Below are positions 49,143 to 57,300 of a stretch of DNA of 57,300 bases, one piece after another; the first letter of the stretch is position 1; every line of letters begins with the position of its first letter. This DNA is from a virus. Taxonomy: Duplodnaviria > Caudoviricetes. Under the pieces are notes generated by a model, which saw only the letters and a list, made by a program, of their open reading frames with translations, had not been told where the DNA came from and made no database searches. A program made the position numbers and the translations under genes. The DNA lies in the IMG/VR virus record IMGVR_UViG_3300017766_003164, positions 1-57,300 of that record, one strand, 5' to 3'.

Positions 49143-49473
49143 AAAATATTGAGCTTTGATACTAGGTGCAATACTAGGAATTTTTGGTATTGTAATAGCC
49201 ATAATGAAAAAACATGATAATAAACAAGCAGATAAAATAGATCAAAAGATTGATGATAACAATCAACAAATTGATATTTTAACTGGCAAAATAGAAGTTG
49301 TTGAAGAACAAAGAGAAGATGTTAAACAAGACATCGAAGAACAAGTTGCAGCAATTGAAGCAACTAAAGATGCAAAAGATGCAATTCAACCAGAAACGCC
49401 CGAAACAGTTGCTGATGCAAAAGAAAATATTTTAAATAACATAAATCGACGTGGTAGAAAAAGAAAATCATGA
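49129..49473 (+). CDS. Membrane-anchored coiled-coil protein (inner-spanin-like) with an in-frame TGA near the start
   Basis: ATG 49129: MKTIKKY*ALILGAILGIFGIVIAIMKK, then a coiled coil. TGA at 49150-49152. The ORF track starts at TTG 49156. Confidence 0.6.
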
Positions 49474-49850
49474 AAAAGTTATTAGTTGCAATATTATTTC
49501 CAGCATCATGTTTTACACAAACTATTCCAGATACATGTTTTACTGAAGAACAAATTATCGAAATATCTATGACATTAGATTCGCTTTGGGAAGCGGATAG
49601 CATTAATAATGTTTTAATAGAACAACAAGAAAATGTAATTAAAAGTTGTAGAACAATGATTGCATTGGATAGTGTTCAAATTGCATATCAAAAACAACAA
49701 ATTGAATTGTTAAATGATAATGTTGATTTATATATTAAACGACAACGTCAACTTCAACCAAAGTGGTACGATTCAAAAGGTCTTTGGTTTGGTAGCGGAC
49801 TTGTTACTGCAATATTAACAGCATTTTCTATTTCAAGTTTAGTAAATTAA
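49470..49850 (+). CDS. Exported coiled-coil protein with C-terminal hydrophobic segment (spanin-like partner)
   Basis: Signal MKKLLVAILFPASCFTQ; coiled coil; KWYDSKGLWFGSGLVTAILTAF; ATGA overlap. Confidence 0.6.
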   Translation: MKKLLVAILFPASCFTQTIPDTCFTEEQIIEISMTLDSLWEADSINNVLIEQQENVIKSCRTMIALDSVQIAYQKQQIELLNDNVDLYIKRQRQLQPKWYDSKGLWFGSGLVTAILTAFSISSLVN

Positions 49851-49851
49851 T

Positions 49852-51429
49852 ATGTCACAGCCTAGTATAAAACAGATCATTCAACAACAGTACACGATGT
49901 GTGCTAAAGATCCTGTTTTCTTTATGCGACAATATTGTTATATACAACATCCTAAAAAAGGAAAGATTAAATTTAATCTATTTCCATTTCAGGAAGATTC
50001 ACTAACAGAATTACGAGATAATCGATACAGCGTTATACTAAAATCTCGTCAGTTAGGCATTTCAACTCTTTCTGCAGGTTTTGCTCTTTGGAGCATGTTG
50101 TTCAAAGAAGATTTTAATGTACTTGTTATTGCAACAACTCAAGAAGTAGCTAAAAACTTAGTTACAAAAGTACGCGTAATGCATGACAATTTACCAAGTT
50201 GGTTAAAAGGTACAATTGAAGCTGATAATAAACTTTCTCTTAAATTTAAGAATGGTTCACAAATAAAGGCAGTATCATCAGCAACAACTGGTGCACGTTC
50301 AGAAGCATTATCGCTATTAATCATAGATGAGGCTGCGTTTATACGTAACATTGAAGAAATATGGATAGCATCGCAAGCAACCCTATCAACGGGTGGTGGT
50401 GCAATAGTTTTATCAACGCCAAATGGTGTGGGTAATTGGTTTCATCAAACATGGGCAGATGCTGAATCAAATATTAATGGATTCCATACAATTAAATTGC
50501 ATTGGACGGTTCATCCGGAACGAGACCAAGCTTGGCGCGATCAACAAACACAATTATTAGGTGAACGAGGTGCTGCACAAGAATGTGATTGTGACTTTAT
50601 TTCATCAGGACATACTGTTATCGATGGTGCTATATTAATGGATTATGAATTAAAATGTAGCGATCCAATTGAAAAACGAGGATTTGATAATGGATATTGG
50701 ATATGGGAATATCCGGACTATCAAAAAGATTATTTAGTAGTAGCAGACGTTGCACGAGGTGATGGCGGTGACTGGTCAACATTTCATGTTATAGATGTAC
50801 AAGACATACGACAAGTTGCAGAATACAAAGGAAAACTTCCTCCTAAAGATTTTGGTAATATGCTTGTAACAGTTGCAACAGAATGGAACAACGCACTGCT
50901 AGCAATAGAAAATGCAAATATAGGTTGGGCTGCAATTCAACCGGCACTAGATAGAAATTACGAAAATCTATTTTATACATATAAAGATGACGGTTATGTT
51001 GATGTAGATGTACAACTTAAAAAAGGTTATGATATGAAAGATAAGAGCCAAATGGTTCCTGGAGTATCAACAACCACACGTACACGTCCATTAATGATAT
51101 CAGCTCTTGAAATGTATATGCGAGAACATACTCCAGTAATTAGATCAAAGCGACTCATACAAGAACTTTTTGTATTTGTTTGGTTAAATGGAAAAGCACA
51201 ATCGCAACAAGGTTATAACGATGACTTAGTAATGGCATTCTGTATTGGTTTGTGGTTACGAGATACAACTCTTAAATTACGTCAACAAGGAATTGAACTT
51301 AACAAACGTGCATTGTCTCAATTTCAAAAAACCGATTCAGTTATATACACAGGTAAATCTACAAATCAAAATGATTCATGGAAATGGAATAACGGCCAGA
51401 ACGATGAAAATTTAACCTGGCTTCTGTAA
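49852..51429 (+). CDS. terL: Terminase large subunit (T4 gp17-like)
   Basis: LFPFQ, LKSRQLGIST (Walker A), LIIDEAAF (Walker B), LSTPNG, ADVARG, IENANIG, NDDLVMA. Confidence 0.95.
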   Translation: MSQPSIKQIIQQQYTMCAKDPVFFMRQYCYIQHPKKGKIKFNLFPFQEDSLTELRDNRYSVILKSRQLGISTLSAGFALWSMLFKEDFNVLVIATTQEVAKNLVTKVRVMHDNLPSWLKGTIEADNKLSLKFKNGSQIKAVSSATTGARSEALSLLIIDEAAFIRNIEEIWIASQATLSTGGGAIVLSTPNGVGNWFHQTWADAESNINGFHTIKLHWTVHPERDQAWRDQQTQLLGERGAAQECDCDFISSGHTVIDGAILMDYELKCSDPIEKRGFDNGYWIWEYPDYQKDYLVVADVARGDGGDWSTFHVIDVQDIRQVAEYKGKLPPKDFGNMLVTVATEWNNALLAIENANIGWAAIQPALDRNYENLFYTYKDDGYVDVDVQLKKGYDMKDKSQMVPGVSTTTRTRPLMISALEMYMREHTPVIRSKRLIQELFVFVWLNGKAQSQQGYNDDLVMAFCIGLWLRDTTLKLRQQGIELNKRALSQFQKTDSVIYTGKSTNQNDSWKWNNGQNDENLTWLL

Positions 51430-51464
51430 CAAGTTATATTTATATTAAATAATAGATAAATAAT

Positions 51465-53291
51465 ATGGCGTCTTTAAGAAAACGTTTACAGAATCTTTTT
51501 AGTACAAACGTTATTGTACGTGCAGTAGGAAAAGATAAATTAAAAGTATTAGATACTAACCGTTTACAATCAACAGGTAATTTAAAACAAACAAAAGTAG
51601 CTGATAGATATTCTCGTTTACATGGAACGAATCGTAATCGCGTAGGTGGTTATGGCGGATATGATTCAAACTATTACATGAATCAAAACCGTATACAACT
51701 TTATACGGATTATGAGATGATGGATAAAGATCCAATCATTAGTTCAGCTCTAGATATTTATGCAGACGAATCAACACTTGCTGATCAATTTGGTGATATC
51801 TTAACAATACGATCTGAAAAAACTCAAATTCAAAAAATACTTTATAATTTATTTTATGATGTTTTAAATATTGAATTCAATTTATGGCCATGGATTAGAA
51901 ACATGGTTAAATACGGCGATTTCTTTTTGAAATTAGATATTGCTGACGAAATTGGAATCATGAATGCTCGTCCATTTTCTAGTTACGAAATAGAAAGAAT
52001 GGAACAATATAATGAAGCAACAGGTGAATATGAAATTAAATTTCGACACGCTGTATCAGAACAAGTTCCATATGATGTTTTTGAAATAGCACATTTCCGT
52101 ATGTTATCAGATTCTAACTTTTTACCATATGGTAGATCAATGTTAGAAGGAGCTCGTAAAGAATTTCAAAAACTAACAATGCTTGAAGATGCAATGTTAA
52201 TTCATCGTATAATGAGAGCACCAGAAAAACGTATTTTTAAAATTGATATTGGTAATATTCCACCAAATGAAGTTGACACATTCATGGAACAAATTATCAA
52301 TAAAATGAAAAAAATTCCACACGTTGATCATAATACCGGCAATTACAATTTAAAATTTAATCTTAACAACATGTTAGAAGATTATTATTTGCCAGTTCGC
52401 GGAGGTCAGTCAACAACATCAATTGACACATTGCCGGGTATGACATTTACAGGTATGGATGATATTGAATATGTTAAAAATAAAATGATGGCTGCACTTA
52501 AAATTCCTAAGCCATTCTTAGGTTATTCAGAAGCAGTTGAAGGTAAATCTACATTAGCATCAATGGATATTCGTTTTGCTAGAACCATTGAACGTATTCA
52601 AAAAATTGTATGTTCTGAATTATATAAAATTGCTGTAATACATTTATACGCACAAGGTTTCGAAGGAGAAGATTTAGCTACATTTGACTTAGAATTGACA
52701 GCGCCATCTATCATATATGACCAACAAAAAGTTGCATTAATGACTGAAAAAATGACAGTTGCAACGGCTATGAAAGATTCAAAATTACTTTCAGACAGAT
52801 ACATATATGAATTTATATTTAATATGTCAGAAGATCAATGGTTGCAAGAACGAACAAATGTTATTGAAGATCTTAAACTTAGATTCCGTCAAAATCAAAT
52901 TGAACAAGAAGGAAATGATCCTGCAATAACTGGAGTATCATATGGAACGCCACACGATTTAGCAACCGTGCATATGTCATCATCAGAAGTAGAAGAAAAA
53001 GATCCCGGCGGTCGTCCAAAAGAAGGAATTAAATTTGGTCAGCATAAAAATGCATTTGGGTGGGATCCTATAGGAACAAAAGGAATTGATCAAGAATTAG
53101 ATCCTGAAAATCGCAAGTCAACATTCACTCCAGACCCTCGATTAAGAACACGTCAAAATTTCTTTAGAACGGAACAAATTACCAAGAAAATGGGTAAATC
53201 AAAAGAAGCAAAACTTATTAAAGAATCACTAACAGATTCAACAACTGATCCAGATGCAGGAACAATGTTAGATGAAAACAACATTTTATAA
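51465..53291 (+). CDS. Portal protein (T4 gp20-like)
   Basis: ISSALDIYADE...LEDAMLIHRIMRAPEKRIFKIDIGNIP...LEDYYLPVRGG...IDTLPG...DDIEY...ALKIP. Confidence 0.95.
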   Translation: MASLRKRLQNLFSTNVIVRAVGKDKLKVLDTNRLQSTGNLKQTKVADRYSRLHGTNRNRVGGYGGYDSNYYMNQNRIQLYTDYEMMDKDPIISSALDIYADESTLADQFGDILTIRSEKTQIQKILYNLFYDVLNIEFNLWPWIRNMVKYGDFFLKLDIADEIGIMNARPFSSYEIERMEQYNEATGEYEIKFRHAVSEQVPYDVFEIAHFRMLSDSNFLPYGRSMLEGARKEFQKLTMLEDAMLIHRIMRAPEKRIFKIDIGNIPPNEVDTFMEQIINKMKKIPHVDHNTGNYNLKFNLNNMLEDYYLPVRGGQSTTSIDTLPGMTFTGMDDIEYVKNKMMAALKIPKPFLGYSEAVEGKSTLASMDIRFARTIERIQKIVCSELYKIAVIHLYAQGFEGEDLATFDLELTAPSIIYDQQKVALMTEKMTVATAMKDSKLLSDRYIYEFIFNMSEDQWLQERTNVIEDLKLRFRQNQIEQEGNDPAITGVSYGTPHDLATVHMSSSEVEEKDPGGRPKEGIKFGQHKNAFGWDPIGTKGIDQELDPENRKSTFTPDPRLRTRQNFFRTEQITKKMGKSKEAKLIKESLTDSTTDPDAGTMLDENNIL

Positions 53292-53330
53292 TTTTATGTA
53301 TATTTATATCAAAAGGCGCCGTACAGAAAT

Positions 53331-54182
53331 ATGAAAAAATTAAAACATTCGAAGTACAAAAACACGGGCATTCTTTTCGAAATGTTAGTAAGAAAATTAA
53401 CATCGGAAACATTATCATCAGATAAGTCAATTACTATCGATATAATTAAAAAATATTTCGGTAAAAATACGGAATTAGCAAAAGAATTACATTTATATAA
53501 TTCACTAGTTAAAGAGCAGTTTAAATCAGAAGCACGTGCAATTGATTATGTTAATAATGTAAAAGAAGCATATAAAAAATTAAATCAAACAACACTGCGT
53601 CGTCAACGATATAATTTAGTAAAAGAAATTTCTGAAAACTTTGTATTTGAAAATATGTCTAAAATACATATTGCAAATTATAAAACATTAGCTTCAATTT
53701 ACATATTGTTTGAATATGGCGAAACTGCATCTACAAAACAGTTGTTAGAATGTAAGAATGTTATTTTAGATCATATGATGTTAACGGAACGTAAAATTGA
53801 AGAAAAGGATCCAATCATTGAATCTTTCTCTAAACAAGAAAAAGCAATGCGTTTATTAACATATAAATTAATGATTGATAAATTCAATAGCAAATATTCT
53901 AGTTTAAATGAATCACAAAAACAATTGTTAAATAAATACATTACCAATGTTAATGATACAGAAGCACTTAAAGAATATATTCAAAAAGTAATTCCTAGCT
54001 TAAAGAAAACATTGGCAGAACATGCAAAAAAAATTACAGATAAAGTAACGCAAATCAAAGTGCAAAAATTATCTGAAATGCTTTGCAACGTAGAAAACAT
54101 GAAAAAAATTAAAGAATCTCATGTATTATCTTTGTTACGATATATGGATTTAGTTGATGAATTAAAAGAGGTGCATATATGA
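53331..54182 (+). CDS. Hypothetical head-cluster protein
   Basis: 283 aa between portal and protease; ATATTTAT at 53300-53307. Confidence 0.8.
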   Translation: MKKLKHSKYKNTGILFEMLVRKLTSETLSSDKSITIDIIKKYFGKNTELAKELHLYNSLVKEQFKSEARAIDYVNNVKEAYKKLNQTTLRRQRYNLVKEISENFVFENMSKIHIANYKTLASIYILFEYGETASTKQLLECKNVILDHMMLTERKIEEKDPIIESFSKQEKAMRLLTYKLMIDKFNSKYSSLNESQKQLLNKYITNVNDTEALKEYIQKVIPSLKKTLAEHAKKITDKVTQIKVQKLSEMLCNVENMKKIKESHVLSLLRYMDLVDELKEVHI

Positions 54183-54931
54183 ATTCGTTCTTAAAAAGCA
54201 TAGAAAAACGGTTTACTTTATTAAATGAGTCTATAGATTTAGATGCAAATACTGAAGAACAGGATGTTTTTGAAGAAGATGAATTAGAAGAACAAAATAC
54301 GACAGCCGCTGTTGCTGGATATGATATACCCGCTGCATTTAGTAAACGAGGTGCCGATGATGATACTGTCGAAGCATTAGGATATAAACGCGTTAAACGA
54401 AATGAATCAGTTAATACGCCTCCAACATATAAACTAGGTATTACACAAAAACCAGAAGCGGATGAAGAAGAATATACGGATAAGTTTCTATTTTCTGATG
54501 ATTCAAAATGGCAACATAAAAATTATGATTATCCTTCTAAACCATATGCTAAATCATATAAAAAATATTCAGATCGAGCTGCACATGTAACAGAGCCACA
54601 ACAAGTTCAATATGATTGGTCGGGGGTGAAAAACAAAACAGATAAAGTATATGAAGCAATGGATTCTAAATATGAAGAACTTATTGAATCATATAAAAGA
54701 TTTGCAACAGGAGATTCAAAATCAACACCAGAACAAAAAGTAAAACATACAATTAAAGAAGTTGCTAAACGTTTACAAGAAGTTGAACAGCTAGTTGCTA
54801 ATACTGCTAGATTAAAAATAGAATCTGGTATGAGTAGAGATGGTTATGGAAAATCCGTAAACACTGCATTAACAAAAATATCAGAACGATTAATAAAAAT
54901 TTCAGAGCGAGTAAGAGCATTAGGAGAATAA
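54179..54931 (+). CDS. Hypothetical head-cluster protein
   Basis: 250 aa, ATGA overlap, several (L/I/V)xE sites. Confidence 0.8.
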   Translation: MNSFLKSIEKRFTLLNESIDLDANTEEQDVFEEDELEEQNTTAAVAGYDIPAAFSKRGADDDTVEALGYKRVKRNESVNTPPTYKLGITQKPEADEEEYTDKFLFSDDSKWQHKNYDYPSKPYAKSYKKYSDRAAHVTEPQQVQYDWSGVKNKTDKVYEAMDSKYEELIESYKRFATGDSKSTPEQKVKHTIKEVAKRLQEVEQLVANTARLKIESGMSRDGYGKSVNTALTKISERLIKISERVRALGE

Positions 54932-54932
54932 T

Positions 54933-55562
54933 ATGAACAAGCCACTACTAGTAGAATATATGCCATTTAAGCCTGTTGGTTCACTTAATGAATCAAATGG
55001 AGCTGCATATGGAATACCTGGAGGTTTCGTAGTTCAAGGAGTATTGCAAAGAGCAGGAGCAAAAAATCAAAATGGTAGAGTTTATCCTAAACCTATTTTA
55101 GAAAGAGAATGTCAACGTTATCAACGTGAATATATCAGTCAACATAGAGCATTAGGAGAATTAGATCATCCAGAATCATCAGTAGTTAACTTGAATAACG
55201 TTTCACACAACGTTTTAAAAATATGGTGGAACGGCGATGATTTACTTGGAGCAGTACAAATACTAGATACGCCATCTGGAAACATTTTGAAATCTTTATT
55301 TAAAGCTGGTATTACTTTAGGTATTTCAAGTCGCGGATTAGGTTCAGTTAAAGAATTACGTAATGAAGGTGTAGTAGAAGTACAAGAAGATTTTGAATTA
55401 ATTTGTTGGGACTTTGTATCTAATCCTTCAACGCATGGGGCTTTTATGCGGCCTACGAGCATGAATGAATCAACAAGCAAAAATATACAAACAAATAAAT
55501 ACGGTCGCGTAAATGATATTATTACATCAATTTTATGCGATGATGGAAAGTGTAGGATATAA
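54933..55562 (+). CDS. Prohead protease (T4 gp21-like)
   Basis: KNQNGRVYP...ALGELDHP...NVSH...ILDTPSG...GISSRGLGSV...DFVSNPSTHGAF. Confidence 0.95.
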   Translation: MNKPLLVEYMPFKPVGSLNESNGAAYGIPGGFVVQGVLQRAGAKNQNGRVYPKPILERECQRYQREYISQHRALGELDHPESSVVNLNNVSHNVLKIWWNGDDLLGAVQILDTPSGNILKSLFKAGITLGISSRGLGSVKELRNEGVVEVQEDFELICWDFVSNPSTHGAFMRPTSMNESTSKNIQTNKYGRVNDIITSILCDDGKCRI

Positions 55563-55969
55563 TGAATATGAAAAGTAAATTGCAAACATTACGGGATTTG
55601 CTGTATGAAACAGAAACAAAGAAAACAGTATTTTCTGAACAGCCGGAACCTTTAACAACTGAAGACAAACGTGCTTTTGCGGAATCTTTAAAATCATTTT
55701 CTCAATTAGGAGAATCTGTTTATGGTAATAGAAACTTAGAAGAAATTACAGAACGAATATCTAAAATGGTTGAAACTGCAAGTCGTATGGTTACGGAAAA
55801 AGAAGATGTAGTTGATTCAGTATCTGCAAGTCGTCATATGAAACATGTTTCTGCGGCATTAAATGAATTTAAAAAATCAGCTGCAGAAATGATGATTCAT
55901 GAAAGAAGATTAGCAGCAGCATATGAAGATATTGCAGAAGGTCTTAGCAAATACTATAAAATAGATTAA
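55562..55969 (+). CDS. Hypothetical head-cluster protein
   Basis: 135 aa; TLRDLLYE leader-like motif. Confidence 0.8.
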   Translation: MNMKSKLQTLRDLLYETETKKTVFSEQPEPLTTEDKRAFAESLKSFSQLGESVYGNRNLEEITERISKMVETASRMVTEKEDVVDSVSASRHMKHVSAALNEFKKSAAEMMIHERRLAAAYEDIAEGLSKYYKID

Positions 55970-55970
55970 T

Positions 55971-55999
55971 TTGGATTTCGTAAAAAAGATTCTTATAAT
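55971..55999 (+). promoter_or_regulatory. Putative early-type promoter inside the head cluster
   Basis: TTGGA-N18-TATAAT. Confidence 0.55.
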
Positions 56000-56007
56000 A
56001 AAGGTGA

Positions 56008-56499
56008 ATGATGAATGTATTTAAAAAATTATACAAAGACTTTTTCGGAATAAACGAGCAAACGACAAAAACAAAAGTAACAGTTCCAGGTACTGATCCA
56101 AAACAACTAGATCAATTAAAAGCATTTAATCAAGAATTGACTAAAACTAAAGATTTGCTTAAAATGGGAGAAGAAGAAATTGATGAAGCACAATTGGTTA
56201 ATAACATTACCGATTACCGCGGAGGAGTTGAGTACGTTCTTCGAGACCCTTCAACTGCAGAAAGTGTAGCACGAGAAATTGAAGAATGGACTGCTAAAAA
56301 AGGATTTACAATTGTAACTAAAAAAATGTCTAAAACAGGACGAGTTGCATATTTTTATTTTAGATTAGGACAAGACCCTGCATTAGAATCTCAAAAATTA
56401 CAAGGATATTTAGCACAGAAGCCAGAAATTAAACATTTTAGATTTAACGTAAGACAACAAGCAGCACCACAAGTAAAAAGACCACAAGGAAAAATTTAA
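56008..56499 (+). CDS. Hypothetical protein
   Basis: 163-aa ORF upstream of bS21. Confidence 0.8.
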   Translation: MMNVFKKLYKDFFGINEQTTKTKVTVPGTDPKQLDQLKAFNQELTKTKDLLKMGEEEIDEAQLVNNITDYRGGVEYVLRDPSTAESVAREIEEWTAKKGFTIVTKKMSKTGRVAYFYFRLGQDPALESQKLQGYLAQKPEIKHFRFNVRQQAAPQVKRPQGKI

Positions 56500-56508
56500 A
56501 ACAAATAT

Positions 56509-56757
56509 ATGAATAAAAAACAAAAACAACACCAATCAATTATTCCAGGAAACCCAACCGCAGTAAATGTAACGGGAACTCAAAGAGAAGATTTAGCATT
56601 TGCATTGAAAATGTGGAAACGTAAAGTTAAAGACTCTGGAGTATTAGAATCAATTAAAGAACGTAAAACATTTACAAAACCTAGTGTTGCTAAAAGAGCA
56701 GAAAGAATTGATGCTGCATATCGACAAAGAATGCAAGACTTAAGAATGAAAAATTAA
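56509..56757 (+). CDS. rpsU: Phage-encoded ribosomal protein bS21
   Basis: EDLAFALKMWKRKVKDSGVLESIKERKTFTKPSVAKR matches the bS21 core (ALRRFKR...G...E...R..YEKPS..R). Confidence 0.9.
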   Translation: MNKKQKQHQSIIPGNPTAVNVTGTQREDLAFALKMWKRKVKDSGVLESIKERKTFTKPSVAKRAERIDAAYRQRMQDLRMKN

Positions 56758-56776
56758 ATTTTCTTAAAAAAGATTT

Positions 56777-56806
56777 AGGCCCTAACAAAAAAGTTAGGGC
56801 TTTTTT
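56777..56806 (+). terminator. Intrinsic terminator after bS21
   Basis: GCCCTAAC-AAAAAA-GTTAGGGC stem followed by TTTTTT. Confidence 0.88.
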
Positions 56807-56827
56807 ACTGTTTTTTATTTTAGCTCT

Positions 56828-56835
56828 ATATTTAT
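56828..56835 (+). promoter_or_regulatory. ATATTTAT box, putative late promoter for the scaffold operon
   Basis: Lies just after the terminator, 110 nt before ATG 56946. Confidence 0.6.
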
Positions 56836-56945
56836 TTTAGAATACGCTATTCACTCTATATAATATAGCGTCGCATAAATTATTTATTCTTATTAAGATT
56901 CTCAATAATCTTATTTCCAAAAAACAAAATTTAAGGGGAAAACAA

Positions 56946-57300
56946 ATGGCAAAATCAGACTTGCTAAAAGAAGCAATCGCAGATGCTAAAGCTGTTAAAG
57001 AAACTGCATTAGCAAACGCAAAAATTGCATTACAAGAAGCATTTGCTCCAAGAATCAGAGAAACGCTAATGGCTGAGCTAGAAGGCGATTTAGAAGATGA
57101 AGAAGCAACAGCAGATGTAACTGCAACACAAGAGCCGGTAGGCGATGAAATGGGCGGAATGCCAGATTCAGTAAATGTTGGATTAGATTTCAATGACGAT
57201 GGCGAATATGATCTAACTGGTATAGTTGGTGGAAGTGATGAAGAAGTGGCAGACGAAATGCCAGCAGAAGAAGAACCAACAGCAACTCCAGATGACATGA
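56946..57300 (+). CDS. Putative prohead scaffold/core protein, 3'-truncated (not in ORF track)
   Basis: MAKSDLLKEAIADAKAVKETALANAKIALQEAFAPRIRETLMAELEGDLEDEE..., open to the window end, very acidic, AAGGGG upstream, downstream of the protease. Confidence 0.75.
   Translation, partial: MAKSDLLKEAIADAKAVKETALANAKIALQEAFAPRIRETLMAELEGDLEDEEATADVTATQEPVGDEMGGMPDSVNVGLDFNDDGEYDLTGIVGGSDEEVADEMPAEEEPTATPDDM

Noticed and set aside
49852-53291. Inteins or introns in terminase or portal
   Set aside because: Both ORFs are continuous and of ordinary length, with no intein junction or homing-nuclease motifs seen.
56837-57298. 153-aa minus-strand ORF
   Set aside because: Antisense shadow of the plus-strand scaffold ORF starting at 56946.
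1-57300. Genome-wide stop-codon reassignment
   Set aside because: Genes are intact and tightly packed under the standard code. TGA and TAG end conserved genes at expected positions (for example 20773, 26011, 42416), and Trp uses TGG.

Overview
The window is a gene-dense, very AT-rich segment of a large T4-like (myovirus-type) phage genome. The host is most likely a Bacteroidota bacterium, judged from the -33/-7-like promoters, the DUF4494 and Hc1-like genes and a phage-encoded bS21. From left to right it holds: small, probably head-packaged proteins, a ferritin and a multidomain lysin (1-9.9 kb); an alternating-strand cassette array (9.9-17.5 kb); UvsE, an HD nuclease and a gp55-like late sigma factor; a baseplate/tail block (21-35.5 kb); a minimal kinase, endonuclease I, primase and a fused SbcD-SbcC; fibre-like genes, a nucleotidyltransferase fusion and a spanin-like pair; then TerL, portal, prohead protease, bS21 and the start of the scaffold gene. 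Two promoter classes can be read directly: an oriented ATATTTAT box (22 copies found, probably late) and T(T/A)(T/G)GA-N18-TAT(A/T/C)(A/T)T (10 copies, host-sigma-like). The best candidate for an undescribed system is three tandem convergent cassettes at 12.1-17.5 kb. Each pairs an early-promoter signal-peptide gene behind an identical 21-bp leader with a late-promoter gene that has a conserved N-terminal leader (N(L/M)LRFGxKNL) and an unrelated body, which resembles virion effector/immunity modules. All family calls are from motifs recognised by eye; no searches were run. I saw no tRNA, rRNA or CRISPR array.
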